A stretch of 64,000 nt of DNA from Obrimoposthia wandeli (Eukaryota), in contig CDROCS010002735.1 in assembly GCA_977020255.1 (NCBI GenBank), forward strand, positions 62,001 to 126,000, written 5' to 3'. Below are positions 51,059 to 61,962 of this stretch, in pieces. The translations under genes were made by a program, and so were the position numbers. The notes under the pieces were generated by a model. It was not told the DNA's origin and ran no database searches. It saw only the letters and a list, made by a program, of their open reading frames with translations. Every line of letters begins with the position of its first letter. Within the stretch, counting starts at the first letter, position 1.

Positions 51059-51736
51059 TTGAGTTTAGATTCAAACAGCGATCCAAGCACTGACTCAAGC
51101 CCAGTACTCTATTCGTTACAAAACTGCCCGTATGCAATGCGGGCACGCCTTGCGCTGTTATTATCCAAGCAAAGTATTATCATCCGCGCCATCACACTCA
51201 AAGACAAGCCCCAAGCGATGCTCAATGCATCGCCCAAAGGGACCGTCCCTGTTTTGATTTTAGCAGATGGCAAAGTCATCGAAGAAAGCTTTGATATCAT
51301 GCTCTGGGCATTAAAGCAGAGTGACCCTCTCAATTTATTACATCAGGATCAGTCTGATATTCAGCAACAGATTATTCAGTTAATCCAGCGTGGTGATGAT
51401 GAATTTAAGCATCCGCTTGAGCAATACAGAGCGAGTAAAAGATACCATCGCGATAACGAAATTGCATGGCGTGAACAGTGTGAAGTGTTTATTCAAGAAC
51501 TAGAGCAGCGCTTATCGGATAACGGTTTCTTTGTTGGTAATCAAGCCAGTTTAGCTGATTACTCATTTATTCCTTTTATGCGCCAGTTTGGCCGCGTAGA
51601 CCGAAAATGGTTTGCACAAGCTCCCTACCCTAATGTGAAAGCTTGGCTTACCTCGCAATTACAAAGCCAGCTTTACGCCCAAATGATGAAAAAACATACA
51701 CTTTGGGTTGAAGAAGCGCAGTGCTGTTTTCTTTGA
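51059..51736 (+). CDS. Glutathione S-transferase
   Basis: CPYAMRAR, PKGTVPVL, EES and SLADY motifs; TTG start. Confidence 0.9.
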   Translation: MSLDSNSDPSTDSSPVLYSLQNCPYAMRARLALLLSKQSIIIRAITLKDKPQAMLNASPKGTVPVLILADGKVIEESFDIMLWALKQSDPLNLLHQDQSDIQQQIIQLIQRGDDEFKHPLEQYRASKRYHRDNEIAWREQCEVFIQELEQRLSDNGFFVGNQASLADYSFIPFMRQFGRVDRKWFAQAPYPNVKAWLTSQLQSQLYAQMMKKHTLWVEEAQCCFL

Positions 51737-51936
51737 AACTTCTGTACAGCTTAGTTGAAAGTCTATTAAATCTATCAGACAAATTATCCTCTTAAACTAT
51801 AGTAATAGTTTCTTTTCTTGAGCTAAAGGTAACATCCTATGGTCTTATATAGTGATGGCTTTAGATAGTTACCTATTTGCGAACAGAAAAACGGTCAGCA
51901 GATCATCTACTGAAAAAATTGGCTCACTTAATTATC

Positions 51937-53079
51937 TCAACTTACTTCTTTATAAACAGAAAATTTAGCCGGTAATTGCTTTTGACGATCAAAGCTAAAC
52001 AGCCGATTAATTAAAGACCCCGTGATTTCTTGCCCTTTACAGACCAACAAAGTACCTTGTAATGTATAAATATCTTCCGCAACAATCATCCCTTCCTCAA
52101 AGCCTAGCAAATTAATTTCTGATACAAATTCACTACGAGCATTATTTATGTAGTCAATGAAAATGTTCTTAATTTTGGGGTCATAACGGTTGGTGTGCTT
52201 TTCCAACTGAAGTAAGGCTTCATCGCTAGAGCCAGTAATGTGATTAAAGCGTTCATAATCAAGTGCTATTTTTAATATCCGGGCCCCTATAGGAATATCC
52301 TTACCTTCTACTTCATCCTCTGGAAAACCACCGCCATTATAGTGCTTATTTTGATATTTAATGACTTTAGCAATATCATCCAACCGTGGAATTCTTTCAA
52401 TTAGCTGATAACCTACTTCACTGTGTTTAAAATACTCAGATTCTTGATCTTCAGTCAATATAGCGCCGCTTGAAATTTTTCCTAACAATTCGTCGGACAA
52501 AGAGATGTACCCTATTAATGCCAGCATAGCCATTGACTCAAACATCCAGGTGTTTTCTGCTCCCATCGCACGAGCACAATTAACGACACTTTTTTTGATC
52601 CGATTGATAGAACCAAAAGATGATGGACAAGCCAATGTGAGTGTTTCAATTAATACTTCGATAGACTTCTTTAATGTGGTTTTGAGTAATTCTTGTTCAG
52701 CAGTGATAAGTAAATATTGTTTTATCGCAACCGTCAGTACTTCATACATTTGCTCTGGGCTACAAGGTTTATTAACAAATCTAAAGATGTCCCCTTGATT
52801 TATAGCATCAATCGCTGTTTGCTGATCCGCGTTCCCCGTCAGCATGATACGTACACTATTTTTACTGACCTTCTTGGCGTGCTTAAGAAACTCAACACCG
52901 TTCATATTAGGCATTTGCATATCAGAAACGATCACAGCCAAGTTACGCTTTCCTTTAATTAGCTCTAACGCATCTGCCCCGCTTAGAGCCGTGTGTATAT
53001 CAAAATGCTTCCTTAAATTACGTTTATAAGCATTTAATACATTCGGTTCATCATCTACAAATAGAATTGAATACTTCAT
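51937..53079 (-). CDS. Response regulator, REC plus degenerate HD-GYP-like domain
   Basis: FVDDE, SDMQMP and KP REC motifs; HD replaced (MLALIG); NGGGFP. Confidence 0.88.
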   Translation of the reverse strand: MKYSILFVDDEPNVLNAYKRNLRKHFDIHTALSGADALELIKGKRNLAVIVSDMQMPNMNGVEFLKHAKKVSKNSVRIMLTGNADQQTAIDAINQGDIFRFVNKPCSPEQMYEVLTVAIKQYLLITAEQELLKTTLKKSIEVLIETLTLACPSSFGSINRIKKSVVNCARAMGAENTWMFESMAMLALIGYISLSDELLGKISSGAILTEDQESEYFKHSEVGYQLIERIPRLDDIAKVIKYQNKHYNGGGFPEDEVEGKDIPIGARILKIALDYERFNHITGSSDEALLQLEKHTNRYDPKIKNIFIDYINNARSEFVSEINLLGFEEGMIVAEDIYTLQGTLLVCKGQEITGSLINRLFSFDRQKQLPAKFSVYKEVS

Positions 53080-53162
53080 AAAACTCCTAAAATAGTGGTA
53101 AACAAAAATTCTAATTTTTAGTTATCTAGCTGTTCTGCTTTCAGGCTTAAGATTCATTACCC

Positions 53163-54329
53163 TTATTGTATTGTTTGTCGCCATTGCTCGCTAAATTCTT
53201 GAAAATTTTCATTATTCACCATGCCCTCTGGTAAACTATGTCCACGTTTTTCTGACTCTATCAAATTAGCTAGATAAAGAATATCTGCAAGGCTTAATGC
53301 ATCAAAATTTATCAAACTCACACTACTATGGTGGTATGCAACACATTCAACAACAGGTAAAGGAATTCCCCATAGATGTAATAAATACACGGCTATTTGT
53401 TCATGTGACACTCCATATATATCCCGCTCCAACTCCAATTGCAACGTTAAATCAACATTAGTCTGCGCATCATATAATTCCTGTAAAGCTTTAGGAAAAT
53501 AATTACAAATAACTAATTCTCCAATATCTTGTAGCAAGCCTGCGGTTAGTAGCTGGTTGCATTCTTGGGAGCCAAAACCTTGCGCTTTAGCCATAGCTAC
53601 TGCTAAATTCGCAACGCTTTGGGAACGTGTAAATACTTTGCTGATTTTTTGAATGCTAATTTCATCGTCAAACGTCTCAAATACTTTAATAGATAAAACT
53701 AAACTTTTAATAGTGTCTAGCCCTAAATGGGCAGCAGCTTCGGTCGGCGATATGACCTCCCTTGCCAGTCCAAAAAAAGCAGAATTTACAATCTGTAATA
53801 ACTTAACTGACATAGCAATATCTGATTCAATGATTTTGCCTACAGAATCAATTGAGGCTTCTTTAGAGGAAAGCTCGCTAATGAGTTTATTATATATTTC
53901 TGGCAAACAAGGCAAGCTGCTGATACCAGAAATAAAATCACACAAATCTTTGTCTTGAACCATGGATTGTATCGATAAACATCGTTCTATAGCACCGGAT
54001 AGAGTTTCAAAATCAGTGGGTTTTGAGATAAACAAATGAGTAGCTTTTATACTTTCAAGTATCATTTCTGTGTCGCTGTAACCTGATAATGCAATACGTC
54101 CAATTCGAGGATAATTAACTCTAATAGTTGACAGTAACCTGGCACCATTCATACGTGGCATACGCATATCGCTGACAACAATATCAAAACAGTTTGCTTT
54201 TAAGATTTCCAAGGCCTCTTCCCCTGAGTCCACAAAAACCATATTCCAAACTTTTTTCTTAGTATGAAGCATACGTTTTAAACCATTTAAAATATTAACT
54301 TCATCATCGACAAATAAAATATCCTTCAT
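53163..54329 (-). CDS. Response regulator, REC plus HDOD domain
   Basis: FVDDE, SDMRMP; LPCLP, LLQIVNSAFFG, GLLQDIG and HEQI motifs. Confidence 0.9.
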   Translation of the reverse strand: MKDILFVDDEVNILNGLKRMLHTKKKVWNMVFVDSGEEALEILKANCFDIVVSDMRMPRMNGARLLSTIRVNYPRIGRIALSGYSDTEMILESIKATHLFISKPTDFETLSGAIERCLSIQSMVQDKDLCDFISGISSLPCLPEIYNKLISELSSKEASIDSVGKIIESDIAMSVKLLQIVNSAFFGLAREVISPTEAAAHLGLDTIKSLVLSIKVFETFDDEISIQKISKVFTRSQSVANLAVAMAKAQGFGSQECNQLLTAGLLQDIGELVICNYFPKALQELYDAQTNVDLTLQLELERDIYGVSHEQIAVYLLHLWGIPLPVVECVAYHHSSVSLINFDALSLADILYLANLIESEKRGHSLPEGMVNNENFQEFSEQWRQTIQ

Positions 54330-54476
54330 AACAAACCCTTCTGTTTGTAAGTGTTACCTACGGTCAACTTTTGCAGAGCAGGTAAAATGTCATCATTAGT
54401 TTATTCTAAGGCTACTATAAAGCCTATATTTGATGTAAATGTGCTAATCGAGGTTTAAATTAATCTGATTAAAATA

Positions 54477-56684
54477 CTATTCAATGGGTAATTGAATAGT
54501 AAAGACAGTCCCGGCGCCAAGTTCTGATTCAACGAATATACCTCCATCATGTTTGTCCACAATAATCGTATATGCTAATGATAAACCTTGGCCTGAACCC
54601 TTTCCTACATCCTTTGTCGTAAAAAAAGGATCGAAAATACGCTCTACTATTTTTGCTTCCATACCCAAACCGTCATCTTTAATTTTTATAATGACTTTAT
54701 CTTCATTTTTTTGGGTACTAATCAATATATTTCCTTTTTCTTTACCTTGTGTTGAATCCTTAATCGCGTGGCAAGCATTGACTATCATATTCAAAATAAC
54801 CTGATTTACTTCTCCTGGAAAACAGTTAACCATAGGTAAATCATTGGCAAAATCGAACTGTAAATTAGCTAAGTATTTCCATTCATTACCAGCGACTATT
54901 GTGGTACTTTCAATCGCTTTGTTTATATCAACTTTCTGTTTATCATCTTTACCTGGATGAGAGAAATCTTTCATGGCTGATACAATTTTAGATATTCTAG
55001 TGACACCTTCTATGGACTGTTCAATTGCCTGAGGGGTTTCTTCCTGTAAAAACGCTATTTCAAACTTTTCTTTGGCTTTTTTAAGTTGTTCTGTCAATTC
55101 GTTCTGATTCAAATCGTATATCATATTCTCTAACTGTTTTTGATAGTCCTCAAAATCTCTAGTTGAGTCAGCAATGAAATTTAAATTATCCCCTACAAAC
55201 TGTGCCGGCGTATTAATTTCATGTGCGATCCCTGCTGCCAACTGGCCTATAGATTCCATTTTTTGAGCATGCTTTAATTGCCCTTCCATTAACACCCTCT
55301 GTTCACTAAGCATTTTTTCTTCTGTGATATCAAAAAAAACCCCTTGTACCTTAACTAGCGCTCCATCTTTAAACACTTTACTAATTATATTTTTTATCCA
55401 TATGAGCTGTTTGTCTTTTCTATACCCTTGATATTCGATGATACAGTTATCAGGCCCTTCAAAACTATTTTTCATAAGTGTAGAAATAGATGCAGCACCT
55501 TCAATAACTTTTTGACCACCTAAGCGTAACTTGCCACTCATATAGTCTTTAGCTTTAAAGCCTAAAATTTCTTCAACTTGATCACTGATATAAATGTATG
55601 TCATGGTATGAGGATCTGCTTCCCAAATCACCCCATTGACCGAATTAGTCAGCACTTTAAGACTTTCTGCCGAATCACTCAATTGCTCATAAAGATTTTC
55701 TTTTTTCTTTATCTCTTCTTCTAAATTTAAATTTAGCAAATGATAAGCGTTTGTCTTCTCTTCAACTTGTAAACCAATTTGAATATTTCTTCTTTTTAAT
55801 GAAATTAAATAACCACAAATTGATAACGTCAAAAACAAACCTAATAAACTGGGTAAAAATAAAAATTTACTGTCCTCTCGTGTGTTCCCTTTAAAAGAAA
55901 AAAGCAGTGATAAATCTTTATTTGCAAAAGTCATAACCCAAGGAATAAAAATATAATTATCCCCTTTCACTGACAGTGGATTCTGGATAGGTAATGTTTC
56001 AAAATGTAAATAGCTATAGATAAGCTTATGACCGTCTACTTTATCGCCTACATACATTAAAGCTTCTAACCAGCCATAACTAGAACGACCAATCACTTCA
56101 TCTAGAATTTCGTCCAGCTTAAAACAACTTATTAGCATTTTTCGTTTATTGCCTTGTTCAAATATTTCACGAGTTAAACAAGCTAAGCTCCCTGCTAATT
56201 CCAAATCTATAAAAAAGCTCTGCGCTTTACGATTGTTTAATTTTTTTAAATCACCTTCAATAAGCGCTACAAAAGCAGCCTCGGCTTCCAGTTCGAAACT
56301 TTTCTTATTAGCTTGTGCTGCATACTTACCGGACATATGACTCAGATTAAAAATGCCCGTTTTACTATCTTTTTCAAAAATAGAAAACACAACTGGGCTT
56401 ATGTTGCCTTGAAAGGACAGCTGAGAGAATCGTGCTAAATAGTTATTATTATTAAACCAATTGCTAACTTCCGCTATTTTTGCGAGTAAATTAAATTGAT
56501 CCTCCATTTTACTTAAGCTATCAGTCACGAACAGTGATAGGTTTGAAACTTGTGACTCAAACCCATAACGTTCTTCACTATCTTTTGCTTTAAGGATACC
56601 TAATTGCATTACGACCGTGATTGTTAAACCGATGATCAATGCCGCGATAATAATAAAGTAACTTGTTCCAATCTTATTTTTCAT
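54477..56684 (-). CDS. Sensor histidine kinase (TM-periplasmic-TM-PAS-HisKA-HATPase)
   Basis: AHEINTP, NMIVNA, DDGLGM, FDPFFTTK and GSGQGLS motifs. Confidence 0.93.
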   Translation of the reverse strand: MKNKIGTSYFIIIAALIIGLTITVVMQLGILKAKDSEERYGFESQVSNLSLFVTDSLSKMEDQFNLLAKIAEVSNWFNNNNYLARFSQLSFQGNISPVVFSIFEKDSKTGIFNLSHMSGKYAAQANKKSFELEAEAAFVALIEGDLKKLNNRKAQSFFIDLELAGSLACLTREIFEQGNKRKMLISCFKLDEILDEVIGRSSYGWLEALMYVGDKVDGHKLIYSYLHFETLPIQNPLSVKGDNYIFIPWVMTFANKDLSLLFSFKGNTREDSKFLFLPSLLGLFLTLSICGYLISLKRRNIQIGLQVEEKTNAYHLLNLNLEEEIKKKENLYEQLSDSAESLKVLTNSVNGVIWEADPHTMTYIYISDQVEEILGFKAKDYMSGKLRLGGQKVIEGAASISTLMKNSFEGPDNCIIEYQGYRKDKQLIWIKNIISKVFKDGALVKVQGVFFDITEEKMLSEQRVLMEGQLKHAQKMESIGQLAAGIAHEINTPAQFVGDNLNFIADSTRDFEDYQKQLENMIYDLNQNELTEQLKKAKEKFEIAFLQEETPQAIEQSIEGVTRISKIVSAMKDFSHPGKDDKQKVDINKAIESTTIVAGNEWKYLANLQFDFANDLPMVNCFPGEVNQVILNMIVNACHAIKDSTQGKEKGNILISTQKNEDKVIIKIKDDGLGMEAKIVERIFDPFFTTKDVGKGSGQGLSLAYTIIVDKHDGGIFVESELGAGTVFTIQLPIE

Positions 56685-57398
56685 ATTGATCCTTATTCAT
56701 GTACCGATATCAGATTCTAAAAAACACTTGAACTATTGCCATTATAAAACTTTCGAATCAATGCAGCATGCCATCAAAATATTCTAGAAACTGTGCACTA
56801 TAAAAATAACTTCTTATCACTTATGACGAACCTTTTGACACAATGGAAATAGGTTGATTAACAGTAAAACGACATGGCGAGTGATAATAAAGAACGATTG
56901 TTGATTGGCGTTTTTTAAATATATCAGTACTACATTTTAGTAAATAGCACGGTTTATTAAACGATTACTTAATACTTCAATACAAACAAAAACAATGCTT
57001 AGAAGAGCTCATCTTTAGCGCAACCCTTTGTGCAGGGATACAGAGTTTTACCTTTCACTAAATATAGTATTTTGTTTTGCGATCTCACAAAGAGACAGCA
57101 CCAATAAGCAAGTAACAATCCTAACTCAAAGGTTACGACTAGGGCGTTCTATTAGTGATCCGGATGACTCAAATCAAGTTTTTAAGGTAAAAAGGAACTA
57201 TGGGCTAGTATCCAATGATGTTAACTCTAAAAGAAAAAAGTTTTATAGCCTAATGAAGCCAACAATAATCTTTAATGGTAAGTATCAATCCGTTAAAAAA
57301 TCATTCGCTCTAGTCTACAATTATTAGAAACGGTTGTTTATGTTAAAAGACCTGATTTACGACAGGGTCCATTAACACAAATTTGCAAAATATAATGT

Positions 57399-58124
57399 TT
57401 AATTATTGCTTATAGAATTAAATTCATCCAAAACAGCTTGTAATTCGTCCACTATTTTTTGATCAGTATTTAAATTAAATGCATAATAAAGCTGTGATTC
57501 GCTTAAAGTGTACACTGATTCATAGTCATCTATATCCAGATTCAAGTCCTGCAGGAAATGCTTTGCTACATTTTCCTCATAAGCCCACAAATCAATACGC
57601 CCTAAATTTAACACCCTAGCGATAGCATTTGCGGATGAAAAGCCCTTTAACTGCCCTCTATTGGCGACTAAACTGGTGACCAATGACAAGCCAATATCAT
57701 CATGGACTCCACCAATCACATACCGCGATAAATCGTCAATCGAATTTATTTCTATGTCATTACTTTTTTTCGCGAGCAATACTACTTTTGTTTTACTAAT
57801 GGGCCCAGCCCATTTAAAAAGCTTTTCTCTACCTTCAGTTCTCGTCATAGAAAATAGCAGAGTATTAGTATTAGTTTGTACCTCGCGATAAGCTTTGGGC
57901 CAAGTGCGTAATTTTATCTTGTCTTTATCGAATTCAATCTTGGAATTTTTGTATGCATCCACGAGTAAATCCACCGCAATGCCTTGTAATTCACCAGTTT
58001 TGCCTCGGTAATTATAAGGCGGATACTCTTCGGTGTAGATAGTTACTCCTTCCAAACTACCTGCTATTAATAGTGAATGAGAAAACAAAAAACTAATGAA
58101 TATCATTATAGGAAATTTTATCAT
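57399..58124 (-). CDS. Periplasmic substrate-binding protein (SBP_bac_3-like)
   Basis: TEEYPPYN, GIAVD, TRTEGRE..FKWAGP and GRIDLW motifs; signal peptide. Confidence 0.88.
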   Translation of the reverse strand: MIKFPIMIFISFLFSHSLLIAGSLEGVTIYTEEYPPYNYRGKTGELQGIAVDLLVDAYKNSKIEFDKDKIKLRTWPKAYREVQTNTNTLLFSMTRTEGREKLFKWAGPISKTKVVLLAKKSNDIEINSIDDLSRYVIGGVHDDIGLSLVTSLVANRGQLKGFSSANAIARVLNLGRIDLWAYEENVAKHFLQDLNLDIDDYESVYTLSESQLYYAFNLNTDQKIVDELQAVLDEFNSISNN

Positions 58125-58564
58125 AAATACCTTTATGTCTTAGAAACAACAAGAGTTCAAAAATGGATAATCATTTGCACGATAATCATCTCGGGTAATG
58201 CATTACGTTTTGTTATAACCCTCTCTTTCTTAGAAAGTTTGCTATCAGTAATCTAACTTGACTTTTTAATTCCAAGTCTACACTTTAAATTTATTAGCAT
58301 TTTTGTTCTGAAAATTCTTTCAAGTACTATTTTTTTAAATAGAGGCTATTAGCATTTTAAGCACGATCGCTAAAGAATGTAAAGTTGCTACTATTAAGTA
58401 AGCGTTCCAATAACCATATACTATTCAATGATATCTAGTTCCCATTCCACTCTTTTTTATTAATGAGCACTATTTAACGGCTTTAAACTTATGCCCTAGA
58501 TCTATAGCTAGAATTTGAAGCATTTATAGATGCTTCATCCAATGGGGGCATACTACCTAGTATG

Positions 58565-58609
58565 CTAGTTACCCTAGTTACCCTAGTTACCCTAGTTATC
58601 CTAGTTATC
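58565..58609 (+). repeat. Tandem 9-mer CTAGTTA(C/T)C x5
   Basis: Three CTAGTTACC units plus two CTAGTTATC units, read directly. Confidence 0.9.
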
Positions 58610-58853
58610 AGAACATCAGTTATTAGCACGATAATTGATAAATTAATGCATTCGTAGCCACTCGTCATATTACCCCCTACTTAGGGAGACTATCGTCAAT
58701 AAAAAATGCATTTAATGTGCTCCACCATCAATTGTGCATCAATTCCCGGATATCTATATTTTCATCTCAGCAAAGAAAATGGCTAACCTCTTTAAAGGAT
58801 GAAAACTAGATGGCTATTCAAGATCAGTTACATTTTTAAAAAAATATTGAATA

Positions 58854-58892
58854 TAGTTCGATTTCGTACTAATATAATTCGAAATCGAACTA
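58854..58892. promoter_or_regulatory. Paired operator, probably for MarR
   Basis: TAGTTCGATTTCG-N13-CGAAATCGAACTA; also two tandem TAGTNCGANNTCGNACTA-like boxes; 14 bp before the start codon. Confidence 0.65.
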
Positions 58893-58906
58893 AATGAGAA
58901 ATAAAT

Positions 58907-60010
58907 ATGCAATCTAATAGACGAAATTTTCTTAAAATCATGAGTGGTGGTGTTGTCATGGCCGCTGTTGGTGTTGGTAGCTTTCTGGGAACCAGAACTC
59001 CAGAAAAAGCTTTGGCTCCATGGGATATGGCTGGAAATTACCAAGATGTTCGCAAATGGGCGCTATCTTATGCCTTGCTCGCGCCGAATCCGCACAATCG
59101 TCAACCATGGGAAGTAGATCTATCTGTTGCAGATCAAATCAGTATCTATCGTGATAAATCAAAAGATTTACCTCATACCGATCCTTTTGATCGTCAACTA
59201 ACGATAGGCATGGGCTGCTTTCTAGAGCTGTTATCTCTATCCGCTACCCATGCTAATTACAACATTGCCTATAAACTGTTCCCAAAAGGTGAAGAGGGCC
59301 CAGTAGCCGTGGCTACTTTCACTAAAGGCGCTACCCCAGACCCTTTGTTTCCTCATGTTTTAGAACGCAGATCCTGTAAAGAAGCATTTTTGGAAGAAGA
59401 ATTGCCAGAAAATTTACTGAACAAACTGACTAAATATGCAGCTATAATTTCAGACAAAGATAAAGTAACAAAACTGAAGCAATTGAGTTGGGATGCATGG
59501 CTAGTAGAAGCGCAAACACCTCGTGCTTGGAAAGAGAGTGTTGATTTAATGCGCATTGGTAAAGCAGAAATTAATGCTAATCCAGATGGTATCGATTTAG
59601 GCGGTCCTTTGATGGGAACACTCCGAGTTGTGGGCATTATGAGCAGAGAATCACAGTTGGATAAACAATCCAGTGGTTATAAGGAAGGTGTTAAAATATA
59701 CAAGAAAATGCTGAATGCCACACCTGCCTATTGTACTATTACCACTGCTTCCAATTCACGTGAAGATCAAATCAATGCCGGTAGACAATGGATGCGATTA
59801 AATCTGAAGACCACGGCATTAGGGCTATCTTTACATCCTATTAGTCAAGTGTTGCAGGAATACCCTGAAATGGCAGAAAATTATAATCGTGCTCATGATC
59901 TACTTGCACAACCGGGTCACACAGTTCAGATGCTGGGTAGATTAGGTTTTGGCCCCACCACTGCGCGCACCCCAAGATGGCCATTAGAGGCAAAAATTAT
60001 CAATGGATGA
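58907..60010 (+). CDS. Acg-family FMN-binding oxidoreductase with Tat-like signal
   Basis: SNRRNFLK; APNPHNRQPW, DPFDRQ..IGMGCFLE and LHPISQ motifs. Confidence 0.85.
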   Translation: MQSNRRNFLKIMSGGVVMAAVGVGSFLGTRTPEKALAPWDMAGNYQDVRKWALSYALLAPNPHNRQPWEVDLSVADQISIYRDKSKDLPHTDPFDRQLTIGMGCFLELLSLSATHANYNIAYKLFPKGEEGPVAVATFTKGATPDPLFPHVLERRSCKEAFLEEELPENLLNKLTKYAAIISDKDKVTKLKQLSWDAWLVEAQTPRAWKESVDLMRIGKAEINANPDGIDLGGPLMGTLRVVGIMSRESQLDKQSSGYKEGVKIYKKMLNATPAYCTITTASNSREDQINAGRQWMRLNLKTTALGLSLHPISQVLQEYPEMAENYNRAHDLLAQPGHTVQMLGRLGFGPTTARTPRWPLEAKIING

Positions 60011-60467
60011 AAAAGCACTGCCAATTTATTTCGAACTATTCAATGAGATTGGCATTATTCAACAATTAAGCCGAACTATATTGGAAGCACAATTGCCTCA
60101 TGGCTTTTTGCAATCCCATTTTTCAGTGTTAAATCACTTGATTCGCGTGGGCGATGGCCGTACTCCGCTAGAAATAGCGAAAGCTTTTCAGCTACCTAAA
60201 ACAACAATGACGCATACTTTACATGGATTAGAAAAACACGGACTTATCCAGATGCTATCTAATCCAAAAGATGGTCGCAGTAAATGTGTATGGCTAACTG
60301 ATGAAGGTAGGAAGTTTAGAGGCGAATCTATTCAAAAACTCGGTGCTTCTATATCAGGTATTACCGAACATATAGACCCGAAAAAAGTTGCTGAAATACT
60401 TCCTATACTGCAAGAATTGCGTAAGTATCTAGATGAAAACAGGAGCGTAACTGCAAGTTCTAATTGA
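60003..60467 (+). CDS. MarR-family regulator
   Basis: wHTH with DGRSKCVWLT.EG; overlaps the upstream gene by 8 bp. Confidence 0.92.
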   Translation: MDEKALPIYFELFNEIGIIQQLSRTILEAQLPHGFLQSHFSVLNHLIRVGDGRTPLEIAKAFQLPKTTMTHTLHGLEKHGLIQMLSNPKDGRSKCVWLTDEGRKFRGESIQKLGASISGITEHIDPKKVAEILPILQELRKYLDENRSVTASSN

Positions 60468-60621
60468 ATAACCTAGCGGAATCAGCGCGCACCTTTTTAT
60501 GTATCTTGCCGCTATAAGTGAGTATATTGAGCCGATCTAGCGCATTATTATTAGCGAGTTATGATGCCCTTTGGCTAAGTTTTACAACACCCTCTAGGTG
60601 AACTCGCAGACAAAAACAGCC

Positions 60622-61245
60622 TTATTCACCCAGCATATCGTTAATAATGGGTACCAAAGCGTCAGCTAAAAACTGATGCTGCTCTACTGGCCAATGAATA
60701 CCTTCCTCCTTGCAAGAGGAAACAACAGAGCCAGCATCAAAAAATGCACAGCCTATTTCACCTGCGTACAGCGCATAGTACGTTGCTAATTCTAATGATT
60801 TAGCCTCAGCACCTGCATACATCTTTGCATAAAAACCTACTTCATATACAGGCGGCGGTGCTATCAACAGCACCTTAGTCGTTTTGTGCATCGACAAGCT
60901 TTTGAACTGTAGGGTTTGCTCAGCTAAGTGTGCCGCACTTTTTGCCACAGTGTCAGAGCAAAGAGAGAAGCGCTTTTTCAAATCATTGGTTCCCAGCAAA
61001 ATCAGCACTAAATCGGGAGAGTGTATTTCTAAACAATCCTTTAAATAGTGTTGGCCACTCTTCTTGCCTTGAAAAGGGTCGTTATGAACAATAGTACGCC
61101 CCTGCTGGCCTTCTTCTATAATGTCTAAGATCGGTAACATACTTTTTAACAGCGCTGGCCAGCGCTCATTTTCATTATAACGACGCGGCTCCCCTGGCAC
61201 CGTTCCCCAAGTATTTGAATCACCAAAACATAGTACTGTTGCCAT
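60622..61245 (-). CDS. SGNH/GDSL hydrolase
   Basis: FGDSNTWG, LGTND and EGIHW motifs; start MATVL. Confidence 0.9.
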   Translation of the reverse strand: MATVLCFGDSNTWGTVPGEPRRYNENERWPALLKSMLPILDIIEEGQQGRTIVHNDPFQGKKSGQHYLKDCLEIHSPDLVLILLGTNDLKKRFSLCSDTVAKSAAHLAEQTLQFKSLSMHKTTKVLLIAPPPVYEVGFYAKMYAGAEAKSLELATYYALYAGEIGCAFFDAGSVVSSCKEEGIHWPVEQHQFLADALVPIINDMLGE

Positions 61246-61659
61246 GCTTGAAACTCTCAATTAGTACTCATAATTTTAGCCAGCTTACTTTCATGCTTTG
61301 ATTGCTTCAACTATTTCAACGTGCGAATGGTACATTGCAATTGAATAATCTTGTTCAACTACTAAAGCAACCGCTTCTTGTTTAGATTCTATAGGCTATG
61401 GTGGTTACTACGTTTAGTTATATTTATCTCAATATCAGGATTATAATCCGTTATTAAAGTGCACTGTTAATTCAACCACAGCTGGTGGTTAATAAACATC
61501 GAGAAAATTAAGCACCAGCAAATTCTATGTTAGCTTTGATTCAATTTATAAAAGTGCCTGTCCTTTATAACCATTGCCTAAATACCTCTTTAATTCATTC
61601 AAGCTTATTAATCTTTGCTAAAGTTTAGGCGCTAACTTGTTAGCTAGCTTAAGGCTTAT

Positions 61660-61716
61660 AAGAAAATTACAAATCAATAAGTTAGAGAGCTTACAATTTT
61701 TAACCGGACAGCAATG
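61660..61716 (-). mobile_element. MITE-like repeat family A, partial (left arm only)
   Basis: Reverse complement reads CATTGCTGTCCGGTTAAAAATTGTAAGCTCTCTAACTTATTGATTTGTAATTTTCTT. Confidence 0.7.
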
Positions 61717-61962
61717 ATTCAAAACCATGCTGTTGTGATAGCAGACCTTTTAGATGAACAAATCAGCTTCAACACGGATTCTTGGCACTTTAAAAATGAC
61801 CGCAGATATATTCGCACAAAAAATAATCAATCTAAAATATTACTTGTTCGCCAATGCAAATTTGCTGCAAAGCGGCCTTTAATGATGAGTTAAAAAAATG
61901 AGATAATTAGCCTTTGCGCTTGTCATCTACGACAGGTCTATATTTATATCCTAAGGTTAATT

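Noticed and set aside
57028-57327. 99-aa GTG-start ORF
   Set aside because: No RBS or motif, opposite to both neighbours, AT-rich intergenic composition
57321-57348. Second XerD-like arm TTATGTTAAAA (also TTATGTTGATT near 27557)
   Set aside because: No XerC-like arm at the 6-bp spacing
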